Shown here in pieces: positions 1-10,302 of a stretch of 64,000 bases of DNA. The stretch comes from an uncultured Methanosarcinaceae archaeon (lineage in GTDB: Archaea; Halobacteriota; Methanosarcinia; Methanosarcinales; Methanosarcinaceae). Within the stretch, counting starts at the first letter, position 1. Each line of letters starts with the position of its first letter. Both the position numbers and the translations under genes were made by a program. The notes beneath the pieces were generated by a model. The model ran no database searches, had not been told where the DNA came from, and worked only from the letters and a program-made list of their open reading frames with translations. The stretch lies in contig CAVRJG010000052.1 of the NCBI GenBank assembly GCA_963721455.1, positions 32,001 to 96,000 of the forward strand, read 5' to 3'.

Positions 1-1674
1 AAGAGAGTTTGCAAGCACGATCCTTGCGCAGTCCACAAGAGCCAGCCTTGCAGCCCTGACCTCTTCATCCTCGGCAGCAATAACAGGGACAAAACGATAG
101 AACTGGTTAAAAGCATCTGCGAGTTCGCGGGCATAGATTGCAAGCACATGGGGCTTTAGTTCGCGGGCTCCTAGGTCGATTACACTGTCAAACATTGCCA
201 TCTTTTTGATCAGATCGATTTCACTATCCTCGACAAGGAGAGAAGGATCGATTTCTGTGGAGGAATCCCAGACGTCTTCCTCTTTTGCTTTTTCGAGGAT
301 ACTGCATGCGCGAGCGTGGGAGTACTGGATATAGGGAGCACCCTGCTTTTCAAAGTCCAGAGCCTCTTTCCAGTTGAAAACGGTGGATTTTTCGGGAGAG
401 ACCCTGACTATATCATATCTCACTGCACCTATTCCGACCATTTCTGCAACCTGCTTCTTGAACTCGTAAGAAGTTTCAGGACGGCGGGTTTCGACCTGTT
501 CTAGGGCGGCTTCAGTAACCCTGTCAAAAAGGTCGTCTGCACTTATGAACTGGCCGCGGCGGGTGCTCATAGAGCCTTCGGGGAGGGAGACGAACTCGAA
601 AATAACGACTTCAGGTTCCTTGACCCCGATTGCGTTTAACGTAGCCCTGAGCTGGCCGGAAATCAGCTTGTGGTCAGCTCCGAAGACATCGATTATACGG
701 TCTGCCTGTCCGGCTTTCCATTCGTGGTAGGCAAGGTCTCTTGTGGTATAAAGAGAAGTTCCGTTTGAGCGCTGGATAACAAGGGTCTTCTCAAACCCGT
801 AATCCGAAAGGTCTACCACGAGGGCGCCTTTATCCGTTTTTGTCCTTCCCGTCACCTTGATCCGCTCGACAATGTCGTGTACTGCGCCGGATTTAAGGAA
901 AAGGGATTCACTGACAAACTTATCGTGGACTACATTCAAACGAAGAAGAGTCTCCTTAATTCCGGAAATAGTCAGGGAAACTGCCTTATCAAAACTATCA
1001 ATAGTCCTGATATCCCCGGCTTCTACCTTTTCCATAAGGGTATCAATTTCCTTTATGTATTCCGGGTTTTTGTCCAGCTCGACATTGGCTTTGATATACA
1101 CGTCAGCAATGGCTGAATCGGATTTTCTGGAAAGGTCAAGCTCGAAACGTTCACATGCCCAGGAAACTACCGCAATCTGGCGGCCCATATCGTTGACATA
1201 GTACTGCACCTCCACATCGTGCCCTGCTCTCCTGAGAATGCGGGCAAGAGTGTCACCAATAATGGAATTGCGGATGTGTCCCACATGCAGGGGCCCATTA
1301 GGGTTTGCTGAGGTGTGCTCAAGGAGAATTCTATCCTTTGGGGCTCCGCACCCGAATTTCTCTTTCTTTTCCAGAACTGCAGTGACTGTCCCGTCCAGGT
1401 AGTGCCTGCTTGCTCGGAAGTTAATGTAAGGGCCAGAGACACTTACTTCTCCGATATACGAACCACCCGGAATTTCGAGTGCAGAAACGATAAGGGATGC
1501 AAGTTCTTTCGGATTTTGTTTGTGAAGGCTGGCAAGTTTGAAGGCAGCTCTGCTTGCAAGATCGGCGTGTGAAGAGGTTTCGAAATAAAGTTCGGAATCC
1601 TCAATCTCAAACCCGACCTTTCGGATAGCGTCTTTTAAGATTGATGTAGCCTGAGCTTTGAGTTCAAGGAACAA
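1..1674 (-). CDS. argS: Arginyl-tRNA synthetase (3' end runs off the window)
   Basis: Read manually on the minus strand from TTG at 1674, with GGTGG RBS upstream: MFLELKAQATSILKDAIRK... Contains the HIGH-type motif EHTSANPNGPLHVGHIRN and the KMSKS-equivalent SMSTR. Absent from the ORF track because its stop lies outside the window. Confidence 0.95.
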   Translation of the reverse strand, partial: MFLELKAQATSILKDAIRKVGFEIEDSELYFETSSHADLASRAAFKLASLHKQNPKELASLIVSALEIPGGSYIGEVSVSGPYINFRASRHYLDGTVTAVLEKKEKFGCGAPKDRILLEHTSANPNGPLHVGHIRNSIIGDTLARILRRAGHDVEVQYYVNDMGRQIAVVSWACERFELDLSRKSDSAIADVYIKANVELDKNPEYIKEIDTLMEKVEAGDIRTIDSFDKAVSLTISGIKETLLRLNVVHDKFVSESLFLKSGAVHDIVERIKVTGRTKTDKGALVVDLSDYGFEKTLVIQRSNGTSLYTTRDLAYHEWKAGQADRIIDVFGADHKLISGQLRATLNAIGVKEPEVVIFEFVSLPEGSMSTRRGQFISADDLFDRVTEAALEQVETRRPETSYEFKKQVAEMVGIGAVRYDIVRVSPEKSTVFNWKEALDFEKQGAPYIQYSHARACSILEKAKEEDVWDSSTEIDPSLLVEDSEIDLIKKMAMFDSVIDLGARELKPHVLAIYARELADAFNQFYRFVPVIAAEDEEVRAARLALVDCARIVLANSL

Positions 1675-1815
1675 GATAAACCACCTGTAAAAATTATGAA
1701 AATAATGTGATAACTTTAATTTACTAATTTCTAATCCACTGATCTAAAGACAGTTTAATTAAAAAAGTATTGGGTAAAAAAGTATTGGATAGGAGATCTG
1801 GCCTCCTGGGAGAGA

Positions 1816-3063
1816 TCAGATTCCGGTATTGTACCTCAGAATTGCAGCAATGCCTCCAAAGGCGTTCATGAGCTGGGAACCTTCGTCAAAGTCCGTAGAC
1901 ACGAAAATAACCTTTGCACTACTCTTGTCAGCAAGCGCTGAGAACTCGTCCACGATATCGGTAACATCCGTGACATCAAGGGAAGAACCACACTTCGGGC
2001 AGTTCCCGGCTGTGGGAGCTGCCTCTCCCGGCTTCCAGCGCCGCGTCCATTTATTATCGTATCCGCAAACACTGCATTTCGTGGTCACCCTTTCAGCCCG
2101 CAGATCTTCAGAGAGCAAAAGCAATTCCACAGCATTGATTTCGAGGTTTGCTCGGACCTGAGTTTCCCCATAGGCTACCTTGCCTGAATCAGAAATCAAT
2201 TCTTTGAAAAAGGCCTTGACTGCATTCTTCTGCCCCATAAGCTCAAGGTCCTGAAGCTTTTCACCGGCAGCATTCACTAGTTCGGACAGGCCAGATTCGT
2301 CTGTATACGCTATATCAAAAAGCCCGAGGATTTTCTTCAGGAGCTCATGATGAAGGAACTCGCCTGCATAGAACTCTTCCTTTGTTGGAGAAGGTCCCCC
2401 TATCAGGATACCTTTGAGATCTTTGTGGTCAACTGAAAGGAAGATATCACTTGCAGCATCTCCTATCCTCTTGTAGAAATCATGGATTGCAATGAGCCTG
2501 AGCTGCTGGAAACGGTGGGCACTCTGACCACCTTTCCTCTGTTTTCCAGGAACTGTCGAGGTCAGGTTACGGAAGGCCTGGATCCGCTTCCCTACCAGAA
2601 GCCCTACAGTGGCTTCCCTGCGGTCAAGAACCAGAAGCCCAAATGTGCCCTTATCCTTGAGCATATCCTCAAGAGGTTCCAGGTAGAAAGAGGAGTCACA
2701 ATGGTATTTGTAAACGGTAATAGGTTCAGGAGGGACAATTACCTCACTTTCCATGCTCGTTTTGTTGGCTCCGATATCCACAGCCCCTGTGAAATATACG
2801 ATTCCATTTTCAGGAACTTTATCCAGGTATCTAAGTCTTGAGAGCAGAGATTCAATGGCTCCCTGTACGTTCGTTCTGGTAAGCTTGGACTTGATGTTTG
2901 CAGCCTGTCCATGCTCATCTTTCAGCTGGTTTGTGACGTCGAAAATCTGCTTGTCGGGAGGGATGTAAATGGAAATAAGCTCAGTACTTCTTCCCTTCTT
3001 ATCCCTGAGGCCTTCAAGCTTCTTTTTAAATTCGTATTTTTCATGTGCCGATTGTTCAGTCAT
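1816..3063 (-). CDS. prf1: Archaeal peptide chain release factor aRF1
   Basis: 415 aa with NIKS, YxCxxxF and GGQ motifs, plus a CxxC...CxxC insertion in domain 3. Confidence 0.97.
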   Translation of the reverse strand: MTEQSAHEKYEFKKKLEGLRDKKGRSTELISIYIPPDKQIFDVTNQLKDEHGQAANIKSKLTRTNVQGAIESLLSRLRYLDKVPENGIVYFTGAVDIGANKTSMESEVIVPPEPITVYKYHCDSSFYLEPLEDMLKDKGTFGLLVLDRREATVGLLVGKRIQAFRNLTSTVPGKQRKGGQSAHRFQQLRLIAIHDFYKRIGDAASDIFLSVDHKDLKGILIGGPSPTKEEFYAGEFLHHELLKKILGLFDIAYTDESGLSELVNAAGEKLQDLELMGQKNAVKAFFKELISDSGKVAYGETQVRANLEINAVELLLLSEDLRAERVTTKCSVCGYDNKWTRRWKPGEAAPTAGNCPKCGSSLDVTDVTDIVDEFSALADKSSAKVIFVSTDFDEGSQLMNAFGGIAAILRYNTGI

Positions 3064-3272
3064 TTCAAAAATTCCCCGATGAAGAAAGTAATGTGATAAG
3101 ATTCTGGTATTTGCGGTAAATTTGAGATTAAGTCTGTTATTGAATTTGACACAGGCATGTTTAAAGTGAAACTGACAAATTTAAGGCAAATTAATTTGAA
3201 CTCTCGAATCTGTTATGGAATTATCAATTAATAAGATATTGAGTTTTCCTGAGATTATCGAATTTAATTCTA

Positions 3273-3384
3273 GATCATTAATTCGAACCTACCAATTTGA
3301 GATCATTAATTCGAACCTACCAATTCGAGATCACTAATTCGAACCTACGAATTTGAGATCATTGATTCGAAAGTATCAATCTGA
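3273..3384. repeat. Tandem repeat, 4 x 28 bp (GATCATTAATTCGAACCTACCAATTTGA, degenerate)
   Basis: Contiguous units start at 3273, 3301, 3329 and 3357, with no spacers. Confidence 0.85.
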
Positions 3385-3436
3385 GATTTGATTTGAGATT
3401 ATCCGTCTGCAATCATAATAAATTTAGTGATTCAGT

Positions 3437-3685
3437 TTACAATTTGTTTAGCTTTTCGGTTAATTTAACAAAGGGTAAACGTAGGATTTGATAAGGACAA
3501 ATCATACAGCGAGTTCCTGTCTCAACCGAAATCTGAATATAAAAACCGCTCAGAACACGACGAACCTGAGAGTAAGAATACGCCTAGCCAGAAAAGCCGA
3601 AATCCCGGATTCCGGTAAAAACCAGCTTATGCTGCGCAAACCTGCCCTGTTTCGTATTCTGTTGATCGCACTAGATGTGAGACAT
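3437..3685 (-). other. Candidate upstream ORF with two in-frame TAG codons in the aRF1 leader
   Basis: ATG at 3685, TAG at codon 5 (3671-3673) and codon 34 (3584-3586), first TAA/TGA at 3437-3439. Only a weak GAGT RBS. Confidence 0.3.
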
Positions 3686-3883
3686 AATTTTACTCAGACT
3701 GTGTCTAATTAGTTTAAAATCGGATTAGTCCCCGCAGGGATCATATCCTAAATGAAACTTGAGTTTATATTTGTTTCTATCCCCTAACTTAAATTATATA
3801 TTCATACACATATAAAAATTTTCCTGTATATTGCAGTATATTGGTTTCTGCTTTAGAAACTATTTTTCTCCAAAAATTTGGGT

Positions 3884-4921
3884 TTAATCAAGGCAGGAGA
3901 CCCTTTTAGCCGGAGACTTTTTTCCGTCCTTGGAAAGCAGGACTACTCGACTGATTTCAGATTCATCTGCGATTTCGTATCTCAGATGTTTTGCAAGTTC
4001 CTGGGAGAACTCCAGCACCTCTTCATGAGTTGGCATGGCAGATCGGTCAAGGCGGAGCCGTGAAAAGCCCAGATGCATGTACGCTTTTATTTCCACAAAA
4101 TCTGGGGAGGCCTTTTTGATCAGTTCGGCATAAGCTTCCGGATTGAACATGTTTTCGCCTTTTACCAGTGTCGTCCTTATGACTGTCCTTGAGTTTTTCT
4201 GTTTCATCAGGGACAGAGACTCGTTGATCTTTTCCCACAGTGCAGGCGATTTGGGCTGGCAGACTTTCAGATAGGTTTCCAGATCAGGAGCATCGAGACT
4301 CATGTAGAGCTGGGAAGGGAATACTTTTGCAAGCATTTCCGGGACTGTCCCGTTTGTGACCAGAAAAGTCGTAAAACCTCTTTTCTCATATTCCTCGATA
4401 AGTTCTGGAAGGTAAGGGTAAAAGGTCGGCTCCCCGGACAGGGAGATTGCAACATTATTCGGCTCATTGCCCTCAAGCCAGCGTTCCTTAAGTGCATTCG
4501 GAGAGCCGCCAAAACCCGTGATTAACTTGCGCTGGCAGGCAATGCTTTCTTCTACTATCTTCTCGGGAGAGTCCCATTCCCCAGGCACAGGAACCGGAAC
4601 CTCAGTCGGGCGCCAGCAGAAGAGGCAACGCTGGTTGCACATAAGAGTGGGAGTCATCTGAAGGCAGCGATGGGACTGGACTCCATAGAACTTAGATTTA
4701 TAGCAAAAGCCCTGACCGTTCATAGCGTGTCTGAGCCAGAGACAGGTCTTAACAGCCGAATGGCGGCCTGCAAGGGCATAGCCCTGCTTTTTCAGGAGGG
4801 TTTTAAAATCAGGGATACCAAAAGGAATGGAAGTAAGCTCTTCACCCCGAATTTCTTCCTGGATTTCCGGGAAATCTTCCCCGGGATTTTCATTTTGTTC
4901 TTCCGGCTGCATTTTTCGCAT
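3884..4921 (-). CDS. taw1: 4-demethylwyosine synthase (radical SAM, TYW1/Taw1)
   Basis: CxxxCxxC (CNQRCLFC), HSAVKTCLW, SLSGEPT and VEIKAYM motifs. Confidence 0.93.
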   Translation of the reverse strand: MRKMQPEEQNENPGEDFPEIQEEIRGEELTSIPFGIPDFKTLLKKQGYALAGRHSAVKTCLWLRHAMNGQGFCYKSKFYGVQSHRCLQMTPTLMCNQRCLFCWRPTEVPVPVPGEWDSPEKIVEESIACQRKLITGFGGSPNALKERWLEGNEPNNVAISLSGEPTFYPYLPELIEEYEKRGFTTFLVTNGTVPEMLAKVFPSQLYMSLDAPDLETYLKVCQPKSPALWEKINESLSLMKQKNSRTVIRTTLVKGENMFNPEAYAELIKKASPDFVEIKAYMHLGFSRLRLDRSAMPTHEEVLEFSQELAKHLRYEIADESEISRVVLLSKDGKKSPAKRVSCLD

Positions 4922-5171
4922 ATTAAATCTTTGTGGTATATATAAGGATCGGAAAATAATTTTGGGGAGAATTCGGGAGGGTTTCGGAAGCTCAATGGAA
5001 ACATTTCAGGGCCAGCTATCTGACAGGCAGCTAACTAGGCCGGCTTTCAGATCGAATTCAGCCAAAATCAGTAGAAATCAATAAGAACCCAGTCGAAACC
5101 AGTCGAAACCAGTCGAAACTCAATAAAAAATCAGTGAAAATGATCAAAAGTCAGTCAAAAATCAATTGAAA

Positions 5172-7157
5172 TCAGTCAAATCCCAGGATCTTTACGTCAA
5201 AGTCCGCGAGATCTACAATCGGGACTCTGGCAGGCACAGGCATTAGATTTACACGTTTCTGGAATTCTGTCTGGGCCTGCCAGGTCCCGGAATTGACAAG
5301 GAGGATATTTTTATAACGCTGAACTCCGAGAGTGTGGACATGGCCTGTATGGATGATTTCTGGCACAGGGTCGATTACAAAATAGTCCTTTTTTTCCGGG
5401 GATATGGAAACCCTGCTCCCATAGGTTGGAGCAAGATGCCTGCGCTTTACCATCTCAAGGACTGCACCTGCAGGTTCCTGATACGAGACTCCAGGGATAC
5501 TTGCCACAAGGTCATCAATCGACCTGCCGTGGTAAATGAGAATGCGGACGCCGTCAAGGTCCACAAGAGCCGGATTACCAACGAAAATGATATTCTGGGG
5601 GAAATCTGCCTGAATGCTTTCCGGCAGTGCGGGCTGAGGTTCTGCCTGTCGGACAGCGTCGTGGTTGCCCGGACTTATGATCACACGAATATGCTCAGGA
5701 ATTTCCCTGAAGTACTCGGCAGCCTTTCTGTACTGTGCGTAGATATCCAGAATATCGAGTTCCATTTCCTGGTCAGGATAGATCCCGATTCCATCAACGA
5801 GGTCTCCTGCAACAACAAGATAACGGATACTGGCTGCAAGCTCCCGCATGGATTCTGAATCTGATTCTCCTTTCAAAAAGTCCAGGAAATCCAACCAGGC
5901 ATCTTCCATGAACTGGGAACTGCCTACATGCACATCCGAAATCAGTACAGCTTTCCCGTGGCTTCCGGTTCTGCGCTGAACGTTATTAGGAACATCGGGC
6001 TGGATTAGCTTTGTGGCAAGCATCAGGTTTCCATCATTAGTTACCGAGCCTGTTGCCCCGACGACCTCATCCAGAAGAATTCTTGAGGCCAGCTCAAAGA
6101 GTTCCTTATCGGTGTTTCGAATAAGAACTGAAAAAGAGCCTGTCGGGTCTTCGAGAGAAAAAATTTTATGGCCGTTAGTTGTATTGCTGATATCCGAAAC
6201 CATGCCTATAATCGATATTTCCTCAGAACCTCCGTCCCCTCCGCGACGGAAACTTCTCCTTTTTAAACTTTCGATGGGGCGTGCGTTGATTCTCCCCCGG
6301 ATAATCTCGGAAAGCCTGCTGTATCTATCCCTGAAATACTGCACAAACTGCACATATTCCCCGATGCAGGTGGAATGCCCTGTTATATCGGAAACTACGG
6401 TCACCGGATTCTTGCCTGGATAATGTCTGTACCCCTCGTCCCTGGAACCAGAAGATGTCCCTCTGCCGGAAATGGAGACAGATGGCTCTGCACTGAAAAC
6501 CCGGTTTGAAGGAGATGAGGGAAGGGAATTCCCCTGCCTGAAAAAAGAAGAGGCTGACCTGTTTCCAGCTTGTGGAGACTTAGGGGAAAAAACCTGAGGA
6601 ACTGCCTTTATTGAAGAGAGAGGGCTTGAGGTGAGGTAAGAAGCCAAAACTTCCTCGGATGAAACAACACCTGATTGTGTTTCCGGCACTGGTTGAAAAA
6701 CCGGATCTTGAACTGGAATGGAATCAGGGACAGGATTTTGAAACGATTCCGGAGCCGGATCAGAAGCTGAATTCGGAATATCAGGCTGTAAGGAGCTTTC
6801 AGGCCCTGAGGGAAGGCCACGTGATCTGGAAGAGAGCATAGAGGTCCCGGAAAGAATTTCCCCTTCTTTTAGAGAGGAGGTATTTGTTTCATGAGAAGGC
6901 GATTTCCCTGCCGAAGTTTCGAAACCAGGGTTTTTTCCATTCTCTGCATTAGTTAGCTTTGAAGTCCTACCAGAGGCGGCAAAGCCTTCAAAATCTACAT
7001 GTTCGGCCCCTATGACAATAACAGAGTCACTGACAGTTGAAAGGATATATTTGATCAGGCCTTCGGGCGAGTCACTTGATTTGATGAGTTCTACTGCTTC
7101 AGGGCTTATCTGATACTCTTTTCCCATAACCGCCCTTATAATATCGCTTTTATCCAT
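5172..7157 (-). CDS. polB: DNA polymerase D small (proofreading) subunit DP1
   Basis: OB fold plus calcineurin-like phosphoesterase motifs SDVHVG, GDLVDG, GNHD, HG and HTGHVH. Long S/P-rich N-terminal linker. Confidence 0.95.
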   Translation of the reverse strand: MDKSDIIRAVMGKEYQISPEAVELIKSSDSPEGLIKYILSTVSDSVIVIGAEHVDFEGFAASGRTSKLTNAENGKNPGFETSAGKSPSHETNTSSLKEGEILSGTSMLSSRSRGLPSGPESSLQPDIPNSASDPAPESFQNPVPDSIPVQDPVFQPVPETQSGVVSSEEVLASYLTSSPLSSIKAVPQVFSPKSPQAGNRSASSFFRQGNSLPSSPSNRVFSAEPSVSISGRGTSSGSRDEGYRHYPGKNPVTVVSDITGHSTCIGEYVQFVQYFRDRYSRLSEIIRGRINARPIESLKRRSFRRGGDGGSEEISIIGMVSDISNTTNGHKIFSLEDPTGSFSVLIRNTDKELFELASRILLDEVVGATGSVTNDGNLMLATKLIQPDVPNNVQRRTGSHGKAVLISDVHVGSSQFMEDAWLDFLDFLKGESDSESMRELAASIRYLVVAGDLVDGIGIYPDQEMELDILDIYAQYRKAAEYFREIPEHIRVIISPGNHDAVRQAEPQPALPESIQADFPQNIIFVGNPALVDLDGVRILIYHGRSIDDLVASIPGVSYQEPAGAVLEMVKRRHLAPTYGSRVSISPEKKDYFVIDPVPEIIHTGHVHTLGVQRYKNILLVNSGTWQAQTEFQKRVNLMPVPARVPIVDLADFDVKILGFD

Positions 7158-7801
7158 AATTCCGACCTGACCTTTCTGAACTGACCTGAGCTTATCTAAG
7201 TCTTCAAGGCCTGATTTGGCATCAGAGCTAATTTGGCTCCAGACTTGAAGAGGCTAAAGCAAAAGCCTGTTTAAAATATAAAAATTAATAAGATACGAAA
7301 TTAATGTGCTAAAGTAACTTGTTACCATAAAGAAGAATTTTATGAAACTTTTGTGTGTTCTGACAGAATATTTATAGTTATTAATCTCTGTCTATTATAG
7401 AATAGATCTATAGAATAGATCTATAGAATAGATCTACTTATTATTTTAGCAACTATTACAGAAATATTATAACCCGATGAATAAATTGAAAATTAATATA
7501 GAATAAAAACAAATATTCAGGCAAATATACTGAAAAAAGCTCACTAAACTAATTTTTAAACTAACTTCGTATAAGTCAGATTATACAAGTCGGTTTATAT
7601 AAGTAGGAACAGTAGACGTAGGGCTGTATATCGTTCTGTGGTTTTATTATAATCCTGAGGATTGTATCATAATCCTGAGGCCACACATAAATTAAATCAA
7701 GTATAATAAGTTAAATCAAATAACATTTCGAGCAGGACAAGACCGAATAAAGTATAATGCAGCACCTCAAAAGAATAAAATCAAAAGAATAAAGGCTAAT
7801 T

Positions 7802-8359
7802 ATGAGCGAAATTAATAAGGAAAACAGTGTCCAAGAACAGGAAAACCCCTGGGTTTCCCTTGGAAAGGACTTGCTGTCTGTTGTAGCTATCCTGATTGCT
7901 TTCATGGTCCTTTCCAAGCTGGCATTCGGACTCTGGACTCCTATGGTTGCGGTGGAGTCAGGGAGTATGGAACCGCATATGCTAGTAGGAGATATTATTT
8001 TCATCAAAAGCGTAGATCGAGTGGACGTTATCACGAATGAGGACGGAAAAAATACAGGTTATAAATCCTTTGAAGATTACGGAAATGTGATTCTTTACCG
8101 CCCTTATGGGGAGGAAGGAGTAACCCCGATAATTCATAGGGCCATGTACAGAGTAAAAGCCGGAGAGCCTATGTGGAAAGACGGCCCCATTGCTCCGTAT
8201 TCCGGCTACATTACGAAAGGAGACAACGTTGTAACCAACATGCACTTTGATCAGGAAGGACAGATAAGCTATGAGATGCCTGTAAAAGACGAATGGATTA
8301 TAGGGATTGCACAGTACAGGATTCCTTATCTGGGATATATCAGACTGTTCTTTTCATAA
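7802..8359 (+). CDS. Signal peptidase I (archaeal Sec11 type, S26)
   Basis: TM helix, SGSMEP catalytic Ser, IIHR His and TKGDN. Confidence 0.92.
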   Translation: MSEINKENSVQEQENPWVSLGKDLLSVVAILIAFMVLSKLAFGLWTPMVAVESGSMEPHMLVGDIIFIKSVDRVDVITNEDGKNTGYKSFEDYGNVILYRPYGEEGVTPIIHRAMYRVKAGEPMWKDGPIAPYSGYITKGDNVVTNMHFDQEGQISYEMPVKDEWIIGIAQYRIPYLGYIRLFFS

Positions 8360-8671
8360 ACCGTCTGTATGACCACTTAACTTATCTTTTTAAGCTCCTG
8401 AATCAGTTTTCCCCACTAACTGGTTCAGGCATCTTATTCTTTTTTGCAGTTTCGGGCCTCCTGTTTATACTTAGTATTCTCCTCTTATAATTTTTAATAA
8501 CCATCCGAATTTTTTGCCAGACAGTTCTGTGAATTTTTTGAGTCTCAACAGATCACAATAAGGGCATCAACATACCACAGTAAATTAGAGGTATAAATCT
8601 TGGAAAAAGGAAGCAATTCCAAAACAGATAAATAAAGGAAACGAAATGAGAAAAACAATCAGAAGAATAAT

Positions 8672-8771
8672 TAGAAAAACAATCTAGAAAAACAATCTAG
8701 AAAAACAATCTAGAAAAACAATCTAGAAAAACAATCTAGAAAAACAATCTAGAAAAACAATCTAGAAAAAC
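8672..8771. repeat. Tandem repeat, about 7.5 x 13 bp (TAGAAAAACAATC)
   Basis: Visible directly upstream of the dus start codon. Confidence 0.9.
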
Positions 8772-8781
8772 AGTCAGAAAA

Positions 8782-9753
8782 ATGAAGCTCAATAAATTAA
8801 AAATCGGCAAGACCGAAACTGCTGGAAGCCTTCTCCTTGCACCTATGGCAGACGTGACAAACCTGGCTTTCAGGCTGCTCTGCAGGCAGAATGGAGCTGA
8901 CCTTACATACACTGAAATGATCAGTGCAGATGCCCTGCTCAGCGAGAACCGAAAATCGCTTTTTAAAGGACTGAGTTCCCCTGACGACCGACCTTTTGGA
9001 GTTCAGCTTGTAGGGAGTTCCCCTGAGAAGCTGAGGGAAGCTGCGCTCTTTGTTGAGGATGAGTACAGGCCTGAACTTATCGACGTGAATATGGGCTGCC
9101 CTGTACAGCGCATTACAGGGACAGGTTGCGGCTCGGCTCTTCTCAACTCCCAGAAGCTTGTATATGAAATAATCTCGGAGATGACAGATGTTCTGAAAAC
9201 TCCTGTAACTGCAAAGATCCGTATTCTGGAGAGCGATGAAAAGACTCTTGAGATTGCACGCCGGATAGAAAAGGCAGGGGCTCTGGCCTTGACCGTGCAT
9301 GGCAGAAAGGCAGAGCAGATGTATTCCGGAAATTCGGACCTTGCAGCGATCAGAGCCGTCAAACGCGAACTTTCCATTCCTGTGATTGCAAACGGTGACA
9401 TCAGGGACGAAGAGTCTGCCAAAAGCACCCTTGACTTTACAGGCTGTGACGGGCTTATGATAGGGCGTGCAGCAATGGGAAATCCCTTCATCTTCAGAAG
9501 GATCAGGCATTATCTGGAAACCGGGGAAAAATTGGAAGTAGACGGAAGGGCCCGGCAGCTGGAAGACTTTGAAGCATATATCATTCTTCTTGAAGAATAT
9601 AACCTTTTTTCGTCAATAAATCTAAGAATGCATGCCCACTGGTTTACAAAGGGACTACACGGCTCGCGGCAGATCAGGGAAAAGATTAATACTCTAAAAG
9701 ATGGAAAAGCCATAATTGACCTGATAAGGAGTTCATGTAAAGATAGATATTAA
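8782..9753 (+). CDS. dusB: tRNA-dihydrouridine synthase (DusB/NifR3 family)
   Basis: LAPMA, NMGCP, TVHGR, ANGDI and MIGRAAMGNP motifs. Confidence 0.93.
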   Translation: MKLNKLKIGKTETAGSLLLAPMADVTNLAFRLLCRQNGADLTYTEMISADALLSENRKSLFKGLSSPDDRPFGVQLVGSSPEKLREAALFVEDEYRPELIDVNMGCPVQRITGTGCGSALLNSQKLVYEIISEMTDVLKTPVTAKIRILESDEKTLEIARRIEKAGALALTVHGRKAEQMYSGNSDLAAIRAVKRELSIPVIANGDIRDEESAKSTLDFTGCDGLMIGRAAMGNPFIFRRIRHYLETGEKLEVDGRARQLEDFEAYIILLEEYNLFSSINLRMHAHWFTKGLHGSRQIREKINTLKDGKAIIDLIRSSCKDRY

Positions 9754-10302
9754 AATATTTCGTATTTTTGAAGGTAAAATTTGTTTACAACCAATATCAG
9801 AGAAAACAGCATTTTGAGACACGTTAACCAACAGACAATAAGTATAATACGTTTAAAGGATAATTTAGAAGTTGAAATATATATAACCAATTTCTCGATG
9901 TTCACCGAAAAACTAATAATAATCTACACTATTATCCATGAAATATCGGGCACCAAACGGCGTGAATATATAATTAAAAAATATATGATTGGTTTTTATA
10001 TATTACACTCGATAGTAGTAATAACTCAGTCATATGAATACATAAGGTTAACAATCACCCATCCAGGTCTTTGGATCCCTGCATCTGCCTGTGCATATCG
10101 CAGTGGTACCTGGAAAAAGGGTCAGATTCTGAATCGGTCTGACAAAAATCAATATATTAAACAACATCAGGTTAATTCGATCAACAGCAGTGTGCCAGAC
10201 AACCAATCAATATTTGCCATACAGACTGCCGAAAACAGCAAAAACTCAGAAAACATCAGAAAAACAGTATATATAAAACTGCATTAAAAAAGGAGAATCC
10301 AG

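Noticed and set aside
8797-9510. 237-aa minus-strand ORF (and similar ones opposite porA, rpa and the CBS genes)
   Set aside because: Antisense shadows of well-supported genes.
9781-10287. 168-aa ORF between dus and porC
   Set aside because: TTG start with no RBS, AT-rich composition, and it overlaps the por promoter and leader. Probably spurious.
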